Part shown: positions 33,088 through 48,000 of the stretch, piece after piece | Numbering within the stretch: position 1 is the first letter of the stretch | Layout: every line of letters starts with the position of its first letter | From: Tubiluchus corallicola | Taxonomy: Eukaryota; Animalia; Priapulida | Length of the DNA: 64,000 bases | Direction: 5' to 3' | Assembly (NCBI GenBank): GCA_030141605.1 | Contig: JAQGDQ010000022.1 | Span: 310,001 to 374,000 of the forward strand | Position numbers and translations under genes: made by a program | Notes under the pieces: model-generated | Databases searched by the model: none | The model's input: the letters and a program-made list of their open reading frames with translations, nothing else | What the model was told of the DNA's origin: nothing

Positions 33088-36000
33088 TTAAAATGGATTA
33101 ATATGGACGGTCGAACCTAGAGGTGAAAATGCATTCACTTTAGCCCACATAAGAGCCTCATTTAATGAAACTGCAGATCTTCCATCCTCAAGAAAAAACA
33201 CTGGACCCTGCAAGTACCAAAAAATGCACAGATTTTTTTTTTAGTATCCTATAACTACAACACTACTACTGAAAGAGAAAGGCATTTAGAAAAATGCCAA
33301 AATTATGCATTTGACATTTAATTAAAAAGATGACAAACCTCTTTAAGAAATCTGTAGTACTTGTATTAGAAACTAAAAATGTTCATGTGCTCACTATTTT
33401 GAAAAAATTAAGTTAATCACAATAGACAGAAAAGCAGGACAAGCTACTTAACGTTTTAAATTCTAGTTATCTGTCTCATACTGGTTGCAATACAATACAA
33501 AACTACTTTATTCTTCATTAGTACATTATAACATGAGATCACAGAAATGACAGTAAATTTATAACCACTTTGGATAAAACAATCTAATTTATTAATACAT
33601 GCTGCAAATTCTCAACAATCAGAAAACTGGTGATAATAGAAAATGTACTACATACATTAAAAAACACCTAAAATACAATTGGTGAAAGTACTTCTACCAT
33701 TGACGAAAAAGAGAAAAAGATTCAGTAAAAACACAAAATGCTACTTTTTCATATTACTTTCATTTCAAGCACTTTTTGAAATATACTGCAGAATTTTTCC
33801 AATTCAAACACAACACCAGTACAGACAATTCTAACAAATTTGAAAACAAGAAAAATGTTGAATGATAAACTGCATGACTTTAGATAAGTGTGATGCACAA
33901 TTCATTAGTCATTTTTATTATCTTGTATCCAATGCTCACCTGAATTCTAGTTCCTAGTATATATGATACTTGAACATCAGATAGACTAGGCAGATGTGAA
34001 CTGCTCACAATGTCTGTACCCACATTGAGAGGATTTGGCTCCTTGCCAGCTTTGCGTAGCAGCTGCTTGTAAATCTTTTCCTGATCTTCGGATGACTTCT
34101 TTTCCAAAACATCAGCCCTGAATAAATAAACAACAAAGTTAAAAACAACAAACAACATGTAATGTGTACTACAAAGCCAAGTGGTTATTGAGTGTCTTTA
34201 GTGACCAAAGTTAAACAACACTGAGTCTGGTCAGTGAATAGATGATAACTCTCAGGTTGAACACTCATTCCAGGCAATTTCACCTTCCTTAATGCCTGTG
34301 ATTATCTACCTCGTTGAGGATATATATACACATCCAAATGAGGCTAAGACACCTTTGTCTATCTAACGTTTCATCCTAGAGAATTATTATTGATAAACAG
34401 ACAGGTTACAGTCCCGAAACAAGCATCTACATACAAGTAGTTGCATCTGGATTTTGCTTGTCGAAAGTGCAGAGGGGATGCAAAAAAGTCTATTTTTAAC
34501 AAGCCCACCATTGAACAAACATTGCACAAAACAGGGCAAGTACAAATGCATTGCTAAGAATGTTTCAAGTCGTGTTTATCACCCGGATTCATGATTTGTA
34601 CATTTTACAAGTCAACAATATATTAGCAGCTATGTAAATTAAATTGGTAAAAAAATTGGATTAATCATTTCATTAAAACTATGTCAATGGAATTAACTTT
34701 AGACAACTTTGCAGTTTATATCTGCATTAAATCACAAATAATTATGAGCATTACTGTAAAAATAGCGTTTAGCCTAATGTGTTTTATTAAAACACAAGTC
34801 GTCTTCGTATAATGATGCTTCGTGATACACGCCCTTTTCAGTAAATATATGTTAAAGTTACATTTATAATAACTGTAACTAGGAAGTTTGATTCATGATT
34901 ATTATTACCTGCCATAGTTAACCCGATGATGAGCACAAAAAGCATTGCTCTCCGAATCCAACAACGGCACATCGACAGGCACGGAGAAACTCAAGTTCTC
35001 ATTACGCTGCAATATATGCCTGAAAAAGGGTAAGTACATTGAAATGAATTTTGAACATATGCCAAGAGCCATTGCTAAACAAAAACCAAAATATTTCTGA
35101 TTTCTTTCTTGCTAAATTGGCCAATGTTGTACCAACCAAACTCAAATTCAGGAATAAGAGCTGAAACCATATGACACCATTCTACAATTGATACTAAAAA
35201 ACCTGTGTTTTTTTCGACTGCATGCCTAACTTATTACCGTTAACTAGCAAATAGTATTAAGTCTCAAAATGATTTCTGTGCATTTTTATTGATTTTTTCA
35301 GAGCCACAGTGGTGTACAAAAATCTTGCATCTTCTCATTTCTTGATTGTGTTTTTTTTATTATGTATCTTAATTCCTGCAACTATGAATTATATCCACAT
35401 TAGTATTGATTACACATGACAAGTTTTCAAGCAACTATTCTGATGAACTAAATGCTTGAACTAAACTTGAAACCCAACGTTTTGCCCAAATAAACAAACA
35501 AATCATTACCGCTCCTATTTAATAAACACATTACTTCAACTGCACACTGTTATTCAAAAATTTAAACTAGAACCATATTCATTAACTTTCTGAATTCAAA
35601 ATGGACAGCAAACAGTAAACTGTCACGTTGTTCTGTTTATGAACTAATAAATGATAAACAATCTCATGTTTTCTACATTATGAAAACTTACTTAGCACAG
35701 TAGAAGAGAGCTGGTACTATAATGTAATATTCTCTTCTTATTGCAACAAGAGCTCCAATGTATGAGCTTAACACAAGCAATTCTTCTTTTAACCTAGCAG
35801 GAAAACGTGCAAAATAGTAAATATTTTATAAATGAAAAGCATGACCTGATTAAGAAATACGAACTGCTTTTTATTTGGAAAGAAAACGGTTCTTGCAAAA
35901 ATTGGCAAGAAAAGTGAAACACAAAGCTCTGAGAAAATGGCCAAGTTTAAGTTTGTAAAAGATTTTGTAATATTCCCATTACAAAGTTGTCGTAACTTGC

Positions 36001-39000
36001 AAGGTTCCTAATGTTGAAGTACCATTATTTTCTATTTCTTCTATAACTTCTATATTTTTACCTACAACTAATCAATACTACAAATGCATTTTCAAAATTA
36101 CAAAAAAACTTGTAACAAAAAAAGCAATTAATACTAGCAAAACTAAAATTATTGTAAAAATAACTAGTAAATATGATAAAATCCACAGATAATCGCATAC
36201 TGATAAAAGCTATAAATAATGAAGAAGATATGACAGTGACGTACTTGGCACATTTAGGAAGATTGAGTTTGTTTGAGCTAATGCAGCCGAGTAACGTTAT
36301 AACATCCCACACTTTATTTACTGTCCAATCTGGTAGCCATAATTCATCTATAAAAATGAGACCACTGAGAAACTTCACATGAGCTCAATGATCAATCAAC
36401 TACTAATTTTCTATGTTATATAAATAGAAAGCATGTGCCACCATCATTTACAAAACAGAAAACTAATATTAAGCTCTTGTGACTCTAGATGTGAATTTTT
36501 TCCTTAATTTCTAATGGGGCATTATTATGTTAGTTTTGAGAGGAATAAAAGGCGAAAAATGCTGATTTTTTGAAAACAACCAATGTGGGTTGTTTCCACT
36601 CATTATTGGTAGAAATCTGTGCCCTATTGAGCGCAACTCACCTGACAACTGTAGTTACTAACTTTTTTGGCACTTTTTTCCACTGTTATTCAACATTAAG
36701 GAATGGAATTTCTAAAAACAGTTTTAACTTTACTAAATCAGAACTGAAATACTCAAGGAAAAATAAGGCAGACAAGAGAAAATTAGGTAACCTGGACTGT
36801 TGCTACATAATGAAACAAGCACTGAACTCAACAAAGGCTTGCATTTGAAGTAATACAAATTGCAATAAACAAGTTTGCTACACGAAATTACAATGTCATA
36901 AAACTTACCAAACAACACAAAAACTATTCACAAATATTTCAGTTATTTGCTAATGAATTACTTGTATGTATGCAAGTCAGTTTTTTTGCTTATTAGTTTT
37001 GTAAAACAGTGGTAAGCATACCTTTGATAAACTGCAGCCCAACTTCTAGCCCTGTCTCTGGGGACGAGGAAAGAACAAAATGTTTCACGCACTCTACAAT
37101 GTCCGACTTAGAATGTTGGAGCTGTTGAGCAATTTCCAGGCATTTGTCCAATGATGGTAAACCAGCCTGTTAAATGCAAGAAAATGATTAGAAAAGCAAA
37201 ATCCCATTATGGCAGACAAATAAACATGATGTACAACGGTGCAGAAAAAATTTGTGCAACTAAGCTGAGAATGATTACAGCATATATGATGGAATGAGAG
37301 ATGCAAAGGGTTAAGCACAATACATATTCCTATTATTCATTACTACCTTCTTTATATACATACATGAGTGTTCTTACATTGAAACAAGCAATTACCTGTT
37401 TGTGCAAATCATCGCGCTCAGCCGAGCTTGCTGGACACCGAGCACACAGCTTTACTAGAGCATCTTCTGTATACTGAGATGTCTTCAACAGTTTCACAGC
37501 CATCTCCCTGCAATGAGAGATCAAAATTAAATTCTATTTAGACCTTAACAGATTTTTAGTTATCATAAGTTACACATCTTATTAAGCATAAAATGAATCA
37601 GACAGCTGACAAAAATAATGTCAAAATTTATAGCCAACAGATTTTCGATGCTTTTTATTCCAATTACACGAAGTTTCAGAGCAACATGTATAGGAAAAAC
37701 AAGTAACAAGTGATTGTTTAATTATTCACCAAAATGGAAACAGCTATAATTACTATGATATTTGTAAATTAATAATTACTACTCATGGTATTTCATTTCT
37801 AGCCATATACTATGAATATTTTTTGCTGAATGAGAGCTAAAAGAGGTAAAAAATAACCAAACAATGGCAAAACATGTAAAACACAGCCAACGTTAACAGA
37901 TAATATCAACCCCTGTTAAAGACAACAAATTTTCAAATGGCATTAACTTTGATTCATCAATGTCTCATAACAGCAAGAGATAAAAAACAGCAAAGAATTT
38001 TATTTACTGTAAGAAAATCATTGTTAGATTTAAACTGCTGCAGCAACTTACCTGTGGTCAAAGGGAGGTATGCTTAAAAAAGAAACAATGGTTATTAAAA
38101 TAATGCAATTTCAACAAATAATTAAGCAGCCAGTCAGATATGTTCTGTTGATAATTATTCATTCTGGGGTCATACGCACAAGATCATTTTTGCGTTAATA
38201 TCTATGAGTCCACCATTAATGTACGTCTGCTTAACCCACATCAGAAAGAAGCAACAAGACACGTCAGCATATGCTTACATAATGCCTGTATAAGCTTGAT
38301 ATGCATCTGGCAAAACCACAAACATTGACAAATACTAAATTTTATCACTATTTTCATCCAAGGTGCTTTCTTGACCACTTTATTTGGTTCCTTTATGCAG
38401 ACAGTTTGCTCAAAGTACTCATATTGCTACTACATATAGTCACATTGAAATCAAGTTTCCTTCTCTTGGGCCTTTTATATGTTAAATTTTTGACCAGAAA
38501 AATTTTCATTTGTTAATTAAAGCTCACTTGCTTTTTTCTTTAAAAAGAAAGTTAACTGGCACGTCATGCCACTAGCAAATTAGCTTTTAAAAAATTTTAT
38601 GTGCTGCATATCTATTTTCACTTCTTTTTTCTGGACCTCTGTGTCTATCTTCAATTCGTTTTTCAAGGTCTCATGTCTACTTTCAATTCTTTTTCAGGGC
38701 CTTCATGTCTATTTTTAATTCTTTTTTTCAGGGCCTTCGTGCCTATTATCAATTCTTTTCTCTAGACCTGTATGCCTATTTACTTTCACTTTATAACTAT
38801 AGCTTCTTAATTAAGGTTTGATGAGTGGCTATTGGCCTTAATTCAGGCAATTTGTGTAGAGGAGCAACTTCTTATGAGAGCTAGCCACGGACTTGAAATC
38901 AATTCAATCATGGGGATCTCAGTACGATCATAAACTGCAAAGCCAAAACAGCTATACATGATAGCATGCTGAATTCATCGTAGTTGCCATATACACGAAA

Positions 39001-42000
39001 TGTTTGGAAACTATAGCAAATTCGTCATGTTATTCCACGTGACCATTTTGGCTTTGCAGCATTTGGACTTACCTACAAATCGTCTTGTTGATTTCTATAG
39101 CACCATGTTTATAAATGACTGTATTGCTATTACTACTAGTATTTTTTGATGCATTTAAATGCATCCCTAAAACAGTCATTGGCTTTTCAAACCTAATTCC
39201 AGAAAGGACAGCTTACCATTTGGTTAATCTCTCGCATCGCCGTGAAAGGTACTCGAGTGCTAAAGCTATCAGCTGTGGTGCTTTATCTAGCACGATTCCA
39301 ATGCTGACAGCTAGTTCCAGTTCATTCCCTCGAATCAGCTTTGATAAAGCTTTCTACGACAAACAAATGAAAAATCAAAAAAGTGAGAATGGCTCTTTTA
39401 GACTTTTTTTGAAAAAAAAGGCTAATAAAAACTATTTCTTTACACAATACTACCACAAAATAACACACTGCAAAAACATTCTTACTGCACTTTGAACTAA
39501 CATAAACCTAAGAACTATTAGTTTCAATGACACATCCCACTACTACAGCTTATGTTTAATTCTTGTATCATATTTGATACATCTCATGAGTTAACAAATC
39601 GTGAGTTTAGATAAGTGTATTATCAGATAAGACGAGATGAGATATAAAATAATTTAACACAAAAGAAAAGCATTAGCTTGGACAAATGACAAAAAATTTT
39701 GCAGCCTCATTCAGAAGAATAGAGGTAAGCTTTTTTGTTTTTTTTGTGCACTGTGTTTCCCCGTCTTCAATATACATAGTTCAATCTTGTCCAAACTTTG
39801 CTATTTCTCCTTAGTAGACAGTTTTTTTGGTCGTATAAAGTTACGAAATATTGCTTTAAAAAAACAAAAGCGGCAGCATAAATCAGCTTCCATGAAAAAA
39901 ATTATAAACCAGATTGTACTATGCACCCTATGTCATTCTATTTACTGCCTTATAATATAAAAAAATGTGCAATAGAAAACTTCATTCATTGTTCTGCCAA
40001 GGGGAAGCATTCCTGCACTCAGTAAGTGTCATCCTTACTTTGTTACTTCTGCTCTTCTTCAAAAATAAGGTGAAGATTACAGTTTAGAGAAGCCTTAAGT
40101 CAAAAATAAGCTTTGCATGCATAATTGCATATCCCTCAATAAGAAACATAGCAGATAATATACCGAAATTATAAAAAACAGCTAGACCTGTACTACGATC
40201 TAAATGACCAGTTCAAGAAAAAACTCAAGACAGCTAGTAAATACCTCAAAGTCATTAACAGCCAGATGACAACAAGCAGCAAGAGTTGGGGATCCGTCCT
40301 GAAAGTACGAGTCTGCCAGTGAATCAGCTGTTTCATGTAACAATCTGAAAAATAAAAACAGTGCTAAGACGTAAATATATCAAGCAACATGCCAAGTAAA
40401 GAAGAACAAAAGGTACCCAAAGCTTCTTAACAGTGCTTTTATTGAAGGGATTTGATATCAAATGTTGGCGGTTTACTCTCCAGCTGCCTGCAAATGCCAG
40501 TAAAAGCTAGATAATGTACAATAGGTAAGTAAGCAAATTAGTTAGCTAATTGGCTATTTGATTATCTGATTGCATAGATAGCATCTTGAAAAGTTAGTTA
40601 TATGTTGATTAGTTAATCTATTAATTAATTCATCATTAATCAGAAAAAGAGCTGTAAAATGTGTAATCTAGATTCACATTTTTAAAATAATAATACACTT
40701 GCTATTATACAGTATTATGTATTCCTAACACATATGATTCACAGAGAAAATGAATACAAGTATTAATTATACAGACTATTCAATGTATCTGCAAAGAAAC
40801 AAATTTCCTGACTTTCTAGAATGCAAACTAACAGACTTTCAAGGCAAAAGTGAGCGATGCACTGCAACATTGAAAAGAAATTCTGAATCTGAATCCCAAT
40901 AGTTTTTTGACAGTTTAAATCTTGCCTAAGTAATTTACTTTCAAAATTAATTATACAATGTGAGACATATACTTTGAATAGGTCACATTATTAGGAGATT
41001 CGTCATTCCGTTGTTGCATCTTATACGCACAAGGTGTCGAGATGCTCCCTTCGTGTGCCACAGCAGCAGTCAACATGGCTTTGTCAAACTGCGAATGAGA
41101 AAGATAGTAATCAACTACTTCTTTGCCATCTCCCAGGGCAATGTAATACGGTATGGCTTCCTCACTATCCTGCTCTTTCAAATCTTCGGCTCTCCTAAAA
41201 AACAAACAACCAAATTTCCACAAACAAACAAACACGTTGGATACTAACAAGTAACAGAAACAAATTTAAATTTTACATGTGCAAATGAATGTGTTATTTG
41301 CATATAAATGAAAACAAAGTTTCTATGGCTTATCAAGATGAGAGGCTAGAGAAACAAGTGATGGAAAAGCAAAAATGCATTATATGTATTTGGTTAATGT
41401 CATCATAAATGCCGATTTTCAAACTGATTTGCTTCTAACATTAACTCCACATCTAACACATAAGCAACAACTAAGATAAATATTGTGCAACAGAAAACAA
41501 CAAAACAGAAATGAAACAGCCAAACTCATCTCAGCCTGACAACTACACTAGCTCCATAAATAATGTCAAGTAAATAGCCGATGCAGAAGGCCCATCCCTC
41601 TAAAAAACAAGAACATTAGAAACCCCTCGTATGAAGAACTGATATTTCACTAAAGTTGTAACTAACTCTTGGTAAGCACACAGTTCATGTACAATAACAA
41701 GTAAGTACTAAAATTAATCATAAGCCACAGTATTATTTGAACTGTAAGAAAACACGAAACTACAAGCGAAAATCAAAACAAATCATTGTGGAAGCTGTAT
41801 ATACAAACTGAAGCAAAGTGCAGAAGAACTGTACCCAAACAACACAAGCCATGAAAATAAAATTATAAAAGTATCAATGAATAGACATTGACTGCAATGT
41901 GCTGTATAAAAAAGTCAAAAGTTACCGTTTTGCAAGAGACTGCCAGTACTCCATAGACACACCAGGTGCTACAGACAATGCCTTCTCCCACTAGAACAAA

Positions 42001-45000
42001 AACAATTTAATATGAATTTGACAGTAAGCATATTTACATTATCTTCAACAACATTTCATTTTGCCTGACAGCAAAAATTCAGACACAACAGCTGAAAAGG
42101 CAATCGAGTTATTTTACGTCCTGTACTTTAGTACACTTCTATTCTGTAGTATACTGTACTTTATTATTGCCTTTGACATCTTAAAAAAGCTCTTAAAAAC
42201 TAACTGTAAAAAAGCTACAATAATATATACAAACTGACCTATCCTCAGTGATCCAGTGGGTGGGTGAAAAAAATTAAGCATGAAATAACATTATCAGGAA
42301 ATTAGTGAATCTAAGCTTGATCTGACATCTGTTCAGAAAATATACATTTTGATGGAATTGGGCACTGTCGCAATATTATATTATGCCGAAAGTGGGTCTT
42401 TTTGACTTTCAGTTACTTTATCATGCTTGTCTCTTACGATATTCTGACTACTTAGTCTCTTATACATGATGTGTTGTAAAAGATTATCCAGAAATGGTAA
42501 TGTTCCCAGTTTTTAGCTTTACACAAATTACTTGGTAACACTCTAGCTATTTTATGCACAATTACGGACTGTATAGCTTAAATAATGATGGTTTTTCAGT
42601 GTTGAATCATTTATGTTACAGACATATTGATTTAGTTAATATCAGATGCAATGAGTGGAGATATGCAATGCACACCGGAAGCCCAAAAGCTTGAACAATG
42701 AGAAATTAAAATAATAATAAATAATAATAGGAAATTGAAATATTCAGTACAATAAGGGCTTTTAACTGACTTAGTGGTAGAATTTCACAAATCTTGAAGC
42801 ATTCTAATTCAACTTACAAACTCAAAATTTATTCATTTATGAATTAAATCATATTTTTGCTCGGCCAATAAAACTTCCTCTCCAAATTTTCCGCTACCCA
42901 AAATTTTCCGCCTTAGACATTACCTTGAGCCAGCCCTGTATGAGAGTATATGTGTACATGTGTCCTTTTGTATTTAAGCAAATCATTTCATTATTGTCAG
43001 TGCACCACAACAAAACTATAGCCAATTTATACTACACCTCTCCAAGTCCAACAAGCATCTCACAGTATCTACGCATGTTTCCCAGCTGCATGTAGATGTT
43101 AGCAGCTTCTCTGAATCTATCTTCTCTGCTTTGTGTGCCAATTCCACCTGATCCATATCGAGCTACTTTTACCATCTCTAGCTCCTGAGCCTTGGACTGC
43201 AATGATTGTCATGAAACTCAACACAAAAGCAAAAACATAAGACAAAACCGAGACGATTTGTGTTCAAACAATTTAATTTCTAAGTATTTCCACCTATAAA
43301 TAAATAGTTTCTACATATTTCCACCTGTTAAAACATATTTTATAGATGTTTCTACTTATGAAAGAAAGTACAGTTTCAATGCATTTTCACTTAAGAAACA
43401 AAGTTTCAACATGTTTGAACTTATAGAAGCGTAATTTTAACATATTTCCACTTATGGAAGTGCAGTTTAAACAGCTTACACCTACAAAAAACGAACTTCT
43501 ACACATTTCCAGCATCATACAGACAGACATGTTTGTAGTTTCTAAACGTTTCCATTTATGGAAACATAGACTCCTTGTTTCCACTTATGAAAATTATAGA
43601 AAAATAGTTTTTCCTTGTTTCCATATATTTAAACTAGTCTCTGCATAGATCACGTATTGAAACACAGTCTTGACATGCTTATGCCATTACTTACAAGTAA
43701 TGCAGAAAATGTGAAAAATAAAAGCAATGATAAAATCGTAGCTTTCTCAGCTGTACTGCTTTAACTCATTAATTTCATTGGCTAAGCTTCAGGTGCAATG
43801 GAAAAAATGCAAGTATAACTAATGCTAATACATTTTTATGATCCAATAAATATTTTGTTAAAGTTCTTTATAATTCAAGCTACATTATTTTAATTTAGAA
43901 CATTTTATATGACTTGTGCATGAATTTCTACAATCTACACTCACCGCTCGAAATTTTGTCAGATGTTTCATGTGCAAGATGCCTTTGCCGTAGTGATCAT
44001 TCATCGCAATTTCAGGATTATCCGTAATGACATCTACTAAATTCCACAGATTTGTAGCTCCCCCTGGTGGCTACAAAATAATTAATTATTCAAGACGGAA
44101 CATGGTATGAAAATTAAATGAAGACAAACTGAATTTCAGAAACACACCAAGAGAAACACACCAAATTCACTTTACAGCAAGCATTCAAACTGGGACCTTC
44201 ATTCAGACAAACTTGCGAATTTTTTCCACATTCTTTACGCCATTTAGGAAGTAACGGATTTTGGAATTTAATATAGTTCTACTTGCTTTTCATCCATCTA
44301 ACTAGAACTATATTAGGTTGCAATATCTGTTACTGTGAACTTAACAACTGCAAAATGCATACATAACTGAATAATATTATACAAAAAGTTAAAAATATCA
44401 CATTTACTTCAGTGTGATACTTCTAAAACTGTGTCTCACTTATAAAATAAAAAGTATGGTGGAAGGGTAGAATAGTAGTGTGGTCACTGTGTACTCAAAT
44501 AATGATTGGAATTAAGAAGTGCTGGACCATAAATGTGAACAAGACTTAAAATTAGTATTAATGGGCCAACAAATTAAAATTCATAGTTTTTACTAACAGC
44601 CTTGTTCTATTACTGTGAACACTGATGTAATAATATAAGTAATACATGTTGTGTCAAAGTAAAAATAAATTTCAGCATGGAACTTAGAACTAGCTACTGG
44701 GCTAGCTGACATATGATTGTAATAAATTAAACCTGTATTAGGTATCTATTGAACTTCACTGGATTTCACTGGTCATTAAATATTTACGTATGAAATTTTT
44801 CAGAATTTACATCGGAAAGCAACTTCTAACATCAAGTGCCAGACGAAAGGCTGCACAGGAAATTTACGCAAACATAACATACCGAAAAATACTGGGAAAA
44901 CTTTTGTAGAATTCGAAGTCTGTCTGGTGTTTTTGTGTCCAATTCTGCACGCATGCTCTTGGAAATAGATCCACAAAGTAATGGAGGACCTCCCGTATTG

Positions 45001-48000
45001 CCAACCATATCATGCACAGAATCTGTTCAAAAAATGAATTTTTTCAACATAATTAATCATTTTTGGAGTTTTCAAGAAAGCCTTTTTATGCAAATTAATT
45101 AAGTGATAATGCAATTCATATGTAAGTCACTGCTGATTATGCAATGAGCTTATGCATATGTGTTTCCATGTACAAGGTCGGTTTTGAAAAGCATCATGTA
45201 ATGTAGCATTACTAAGTTTTTAATCACAAACCTATTACTTCCAAATTACACAGAGTCAATCCGACTATCAAAAATTAAGCGACATAATATTTATTGTTGC
45301 TGTCCTTTTAATGCAAAATTAGACAAAGAATTCCAAACACAAAAAGTTCCCATAATTTCCATAATTTGCAGTTCTGCGTTTTATATCAAAACATTCTGTG
45401 TCAACTCTGTTCGTCTCAAAACAGTCACTAATTACTTTACCTGCTGCTGTTACAATTTCGCTGAATGGTCGGCCTGCAATAACATTAATTTCCAGTGGTT
45501 CCACTAGAGGACACAGAGACCAGAGTCTGACTGTCGAATCACGTGATGAAGAAGCCATGATAAAGGGCCGTGACGGATGACATGTCAAACCTGTTTTAAA
45601 ATAAAAACAAGTTGCACAGTAAAAGTCAACAAACTATTATATTGATCAGCTAACTTTGCTCTGGTAAATTCTAATACGATACATGCAACTAACGTATCCA
45701 GCATGCATAATCCAGAGGCTTTATGAAGCAACTTGGTCAGTAAACAAAAATATCAGGAATTTAAATTAACTTATTCTGACTATAAAAGTCAAGTGACAAA
45801 CCTAATGTGAGAAAACTCGAGAATTTCAATTAAGTATAAATTTTAGTGGCTAAATTGCAATAAGCAGTATTTTTGCTTGATTAGTGAAAATGATCATTTC
45901 TACTGTCAAAAAATCAATAAAACTAAATCTGTTTTACAAAAAAGAAGAGTAAATAACAAAAATCAAATACCAAGTTGAATTTTATGCAAAATAACCAAAT
46001 TAGTGCATAATGCACAGGTGAAATATGCAGTATAACTAATACCATATACATCTGCAGCATGGTCTTTCACAGTGTCAATGCAATTTCCATCCCTAATATC
46101 CCAAACTCGTATCGTATAATCCCAGCTTCCGGAAATGAGTAAATGTGGGATTTCTGGATTCCACAGCAATCCTCGTACCGGTCCTGTGTGACCTGCTAAT
46201 ATCTGAATGCAGCTTTCTTGAGTGTAATCCCAGATTCGAACGGTCCTGAAACATAATGTTCCATACCACTTATTACCAAAAAATTGACCAATTGCAGCAA
46301 GAAAGCAGCAAAAATCTAGTAAAACAGCATTAATTTCTCTCAGTTCATCTAGAAAAATGTTGCTACCTAAGTCATGTATAGCAAAAGTTGCACCCAAAAA
46401 CTTTCAACAATAAAGTTACAAGTAAAATTTACTAACATGTCATCTGAACCGCTACACAGCAAAGCTTCTCGTATAGGTGACCATTTTACACCAAACACCT
46501 TTGCCGAATGACCAGTGAAAGTCCTTACCGGCTGCTCAGACAATCCTACCGTATAGAACACCCTGACGCATTTGTCATCACAAGCAGTAGCCAGCATGTC
46601 TCTGTAAAACATGCAGAAATAGATCTCAGTGATTATTTTTAACTTTGATGGCAAGATCATTAGTTAATGAAGGAATGAACCTACAATTGTGAAATTTTTT
46701 AAAACAGAATTGAACAAATGAAAAAACTATGAAAAGTTGCGATTAAGCTTGGATTTGAACTATAACTATAGATTTATTCTGTCATTAACTAATGGCATTC
46801 TTAGTTTCAAACACTTAATATGTATTCACACCTTCAGAGCTGTGATTTTGTTCTACTTTAAACATTAGAAATAAATTATTAATCATATTACAGAAAAATC
46901 TTCTTCACATGTCTAACTCAGTTTTCCATTAACACTTAAAACAACAACAGAAGCATCAAAACTCAAACTTACATTTCCAAAACATACAGAAAATGATTGA
47001 TTAGTGATAACTGATTGATTTTCATCCACCAAATTTTCTAAAATCACTATTGCATTTGTCTTCGGGTTAACGCTATTAAACCATCTGGTCTAATACATAC
47101 CATACATACATTGCAAACATCATCAGCAAATGTTTTTTTAACGAACTACTTCAAACAAACACAATTTCAGAAAGGAATTACACAATAATGGCTCAAGGTC
47201 AAAGCAAAGAAAGTATCAGCAGTTTGCTAAAGGAACATGATGCACAAAAAAGATCACAGCTGACAATACTTATGAGCACAACTTAGCAAATTCAAAATCC
47301 TTTATAAATATAAAGTATAAAATGTAGGACATTGACTATTTTGTAATTCCAACTGTTATTTGAACTGTGACTGTCTTAGAATTGCTTAAAATGTAAATGT
47401 TGCCAAATGATACCAAAAAAACTGGCAGCAACAATGGGGAAAAGCACGAGATACCTACAAAAAGGTTACAAACATGCAATGTCAACAAGCAGTTAAGTTT
47501 TTTCTCAAGCTGCACTCTGAACTCCCAAATTGCTTAAAAAAACTGACTCCACCAATTAAGCATTGAATTCCATGGCCACAGAATGTCGTGCTAATGCTCA
47601 AAATGGGAGTGTTAACACAACTTTGTTGCTCATGGTGAGCTATGTGTGTTATTTGCAAAACCTCTCTAAATCATTCTATTCAGTTAATAAATAACTGGGG
47701 AAAAGCATTAGCCAGTTTGGCCACTGTGTTTAACATCTGAAACATTTTAGTGACAAAAACTTCAAAGAAACATGAAATCAGCACAACAATTCTCTGTACC
47801 AATTGCTTCACAAACACAATGCACAAATTTAAAGAGAATATTACTTACCCAGTAGATAACCTGCAAAAACATTAGACATGTGAAAGCCCAAGAAGCATCA
47901 AACACTTGAAGTTAATTCACAGAAAGAGTATAAATTCTCACTAATGATTGTTGAAACTCAATCATTACTACTAGATATGAACATGTTACCCATGAAATGC

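Noticed and set aside
38630-38783. Regularly spaced ~32-bp repeats (also 43283-43670) as a CRISPR-like array
   Set aside because: Head-to-tail degenerate units with no unique spacers, located in eukaryotic introns, and no cas genes.
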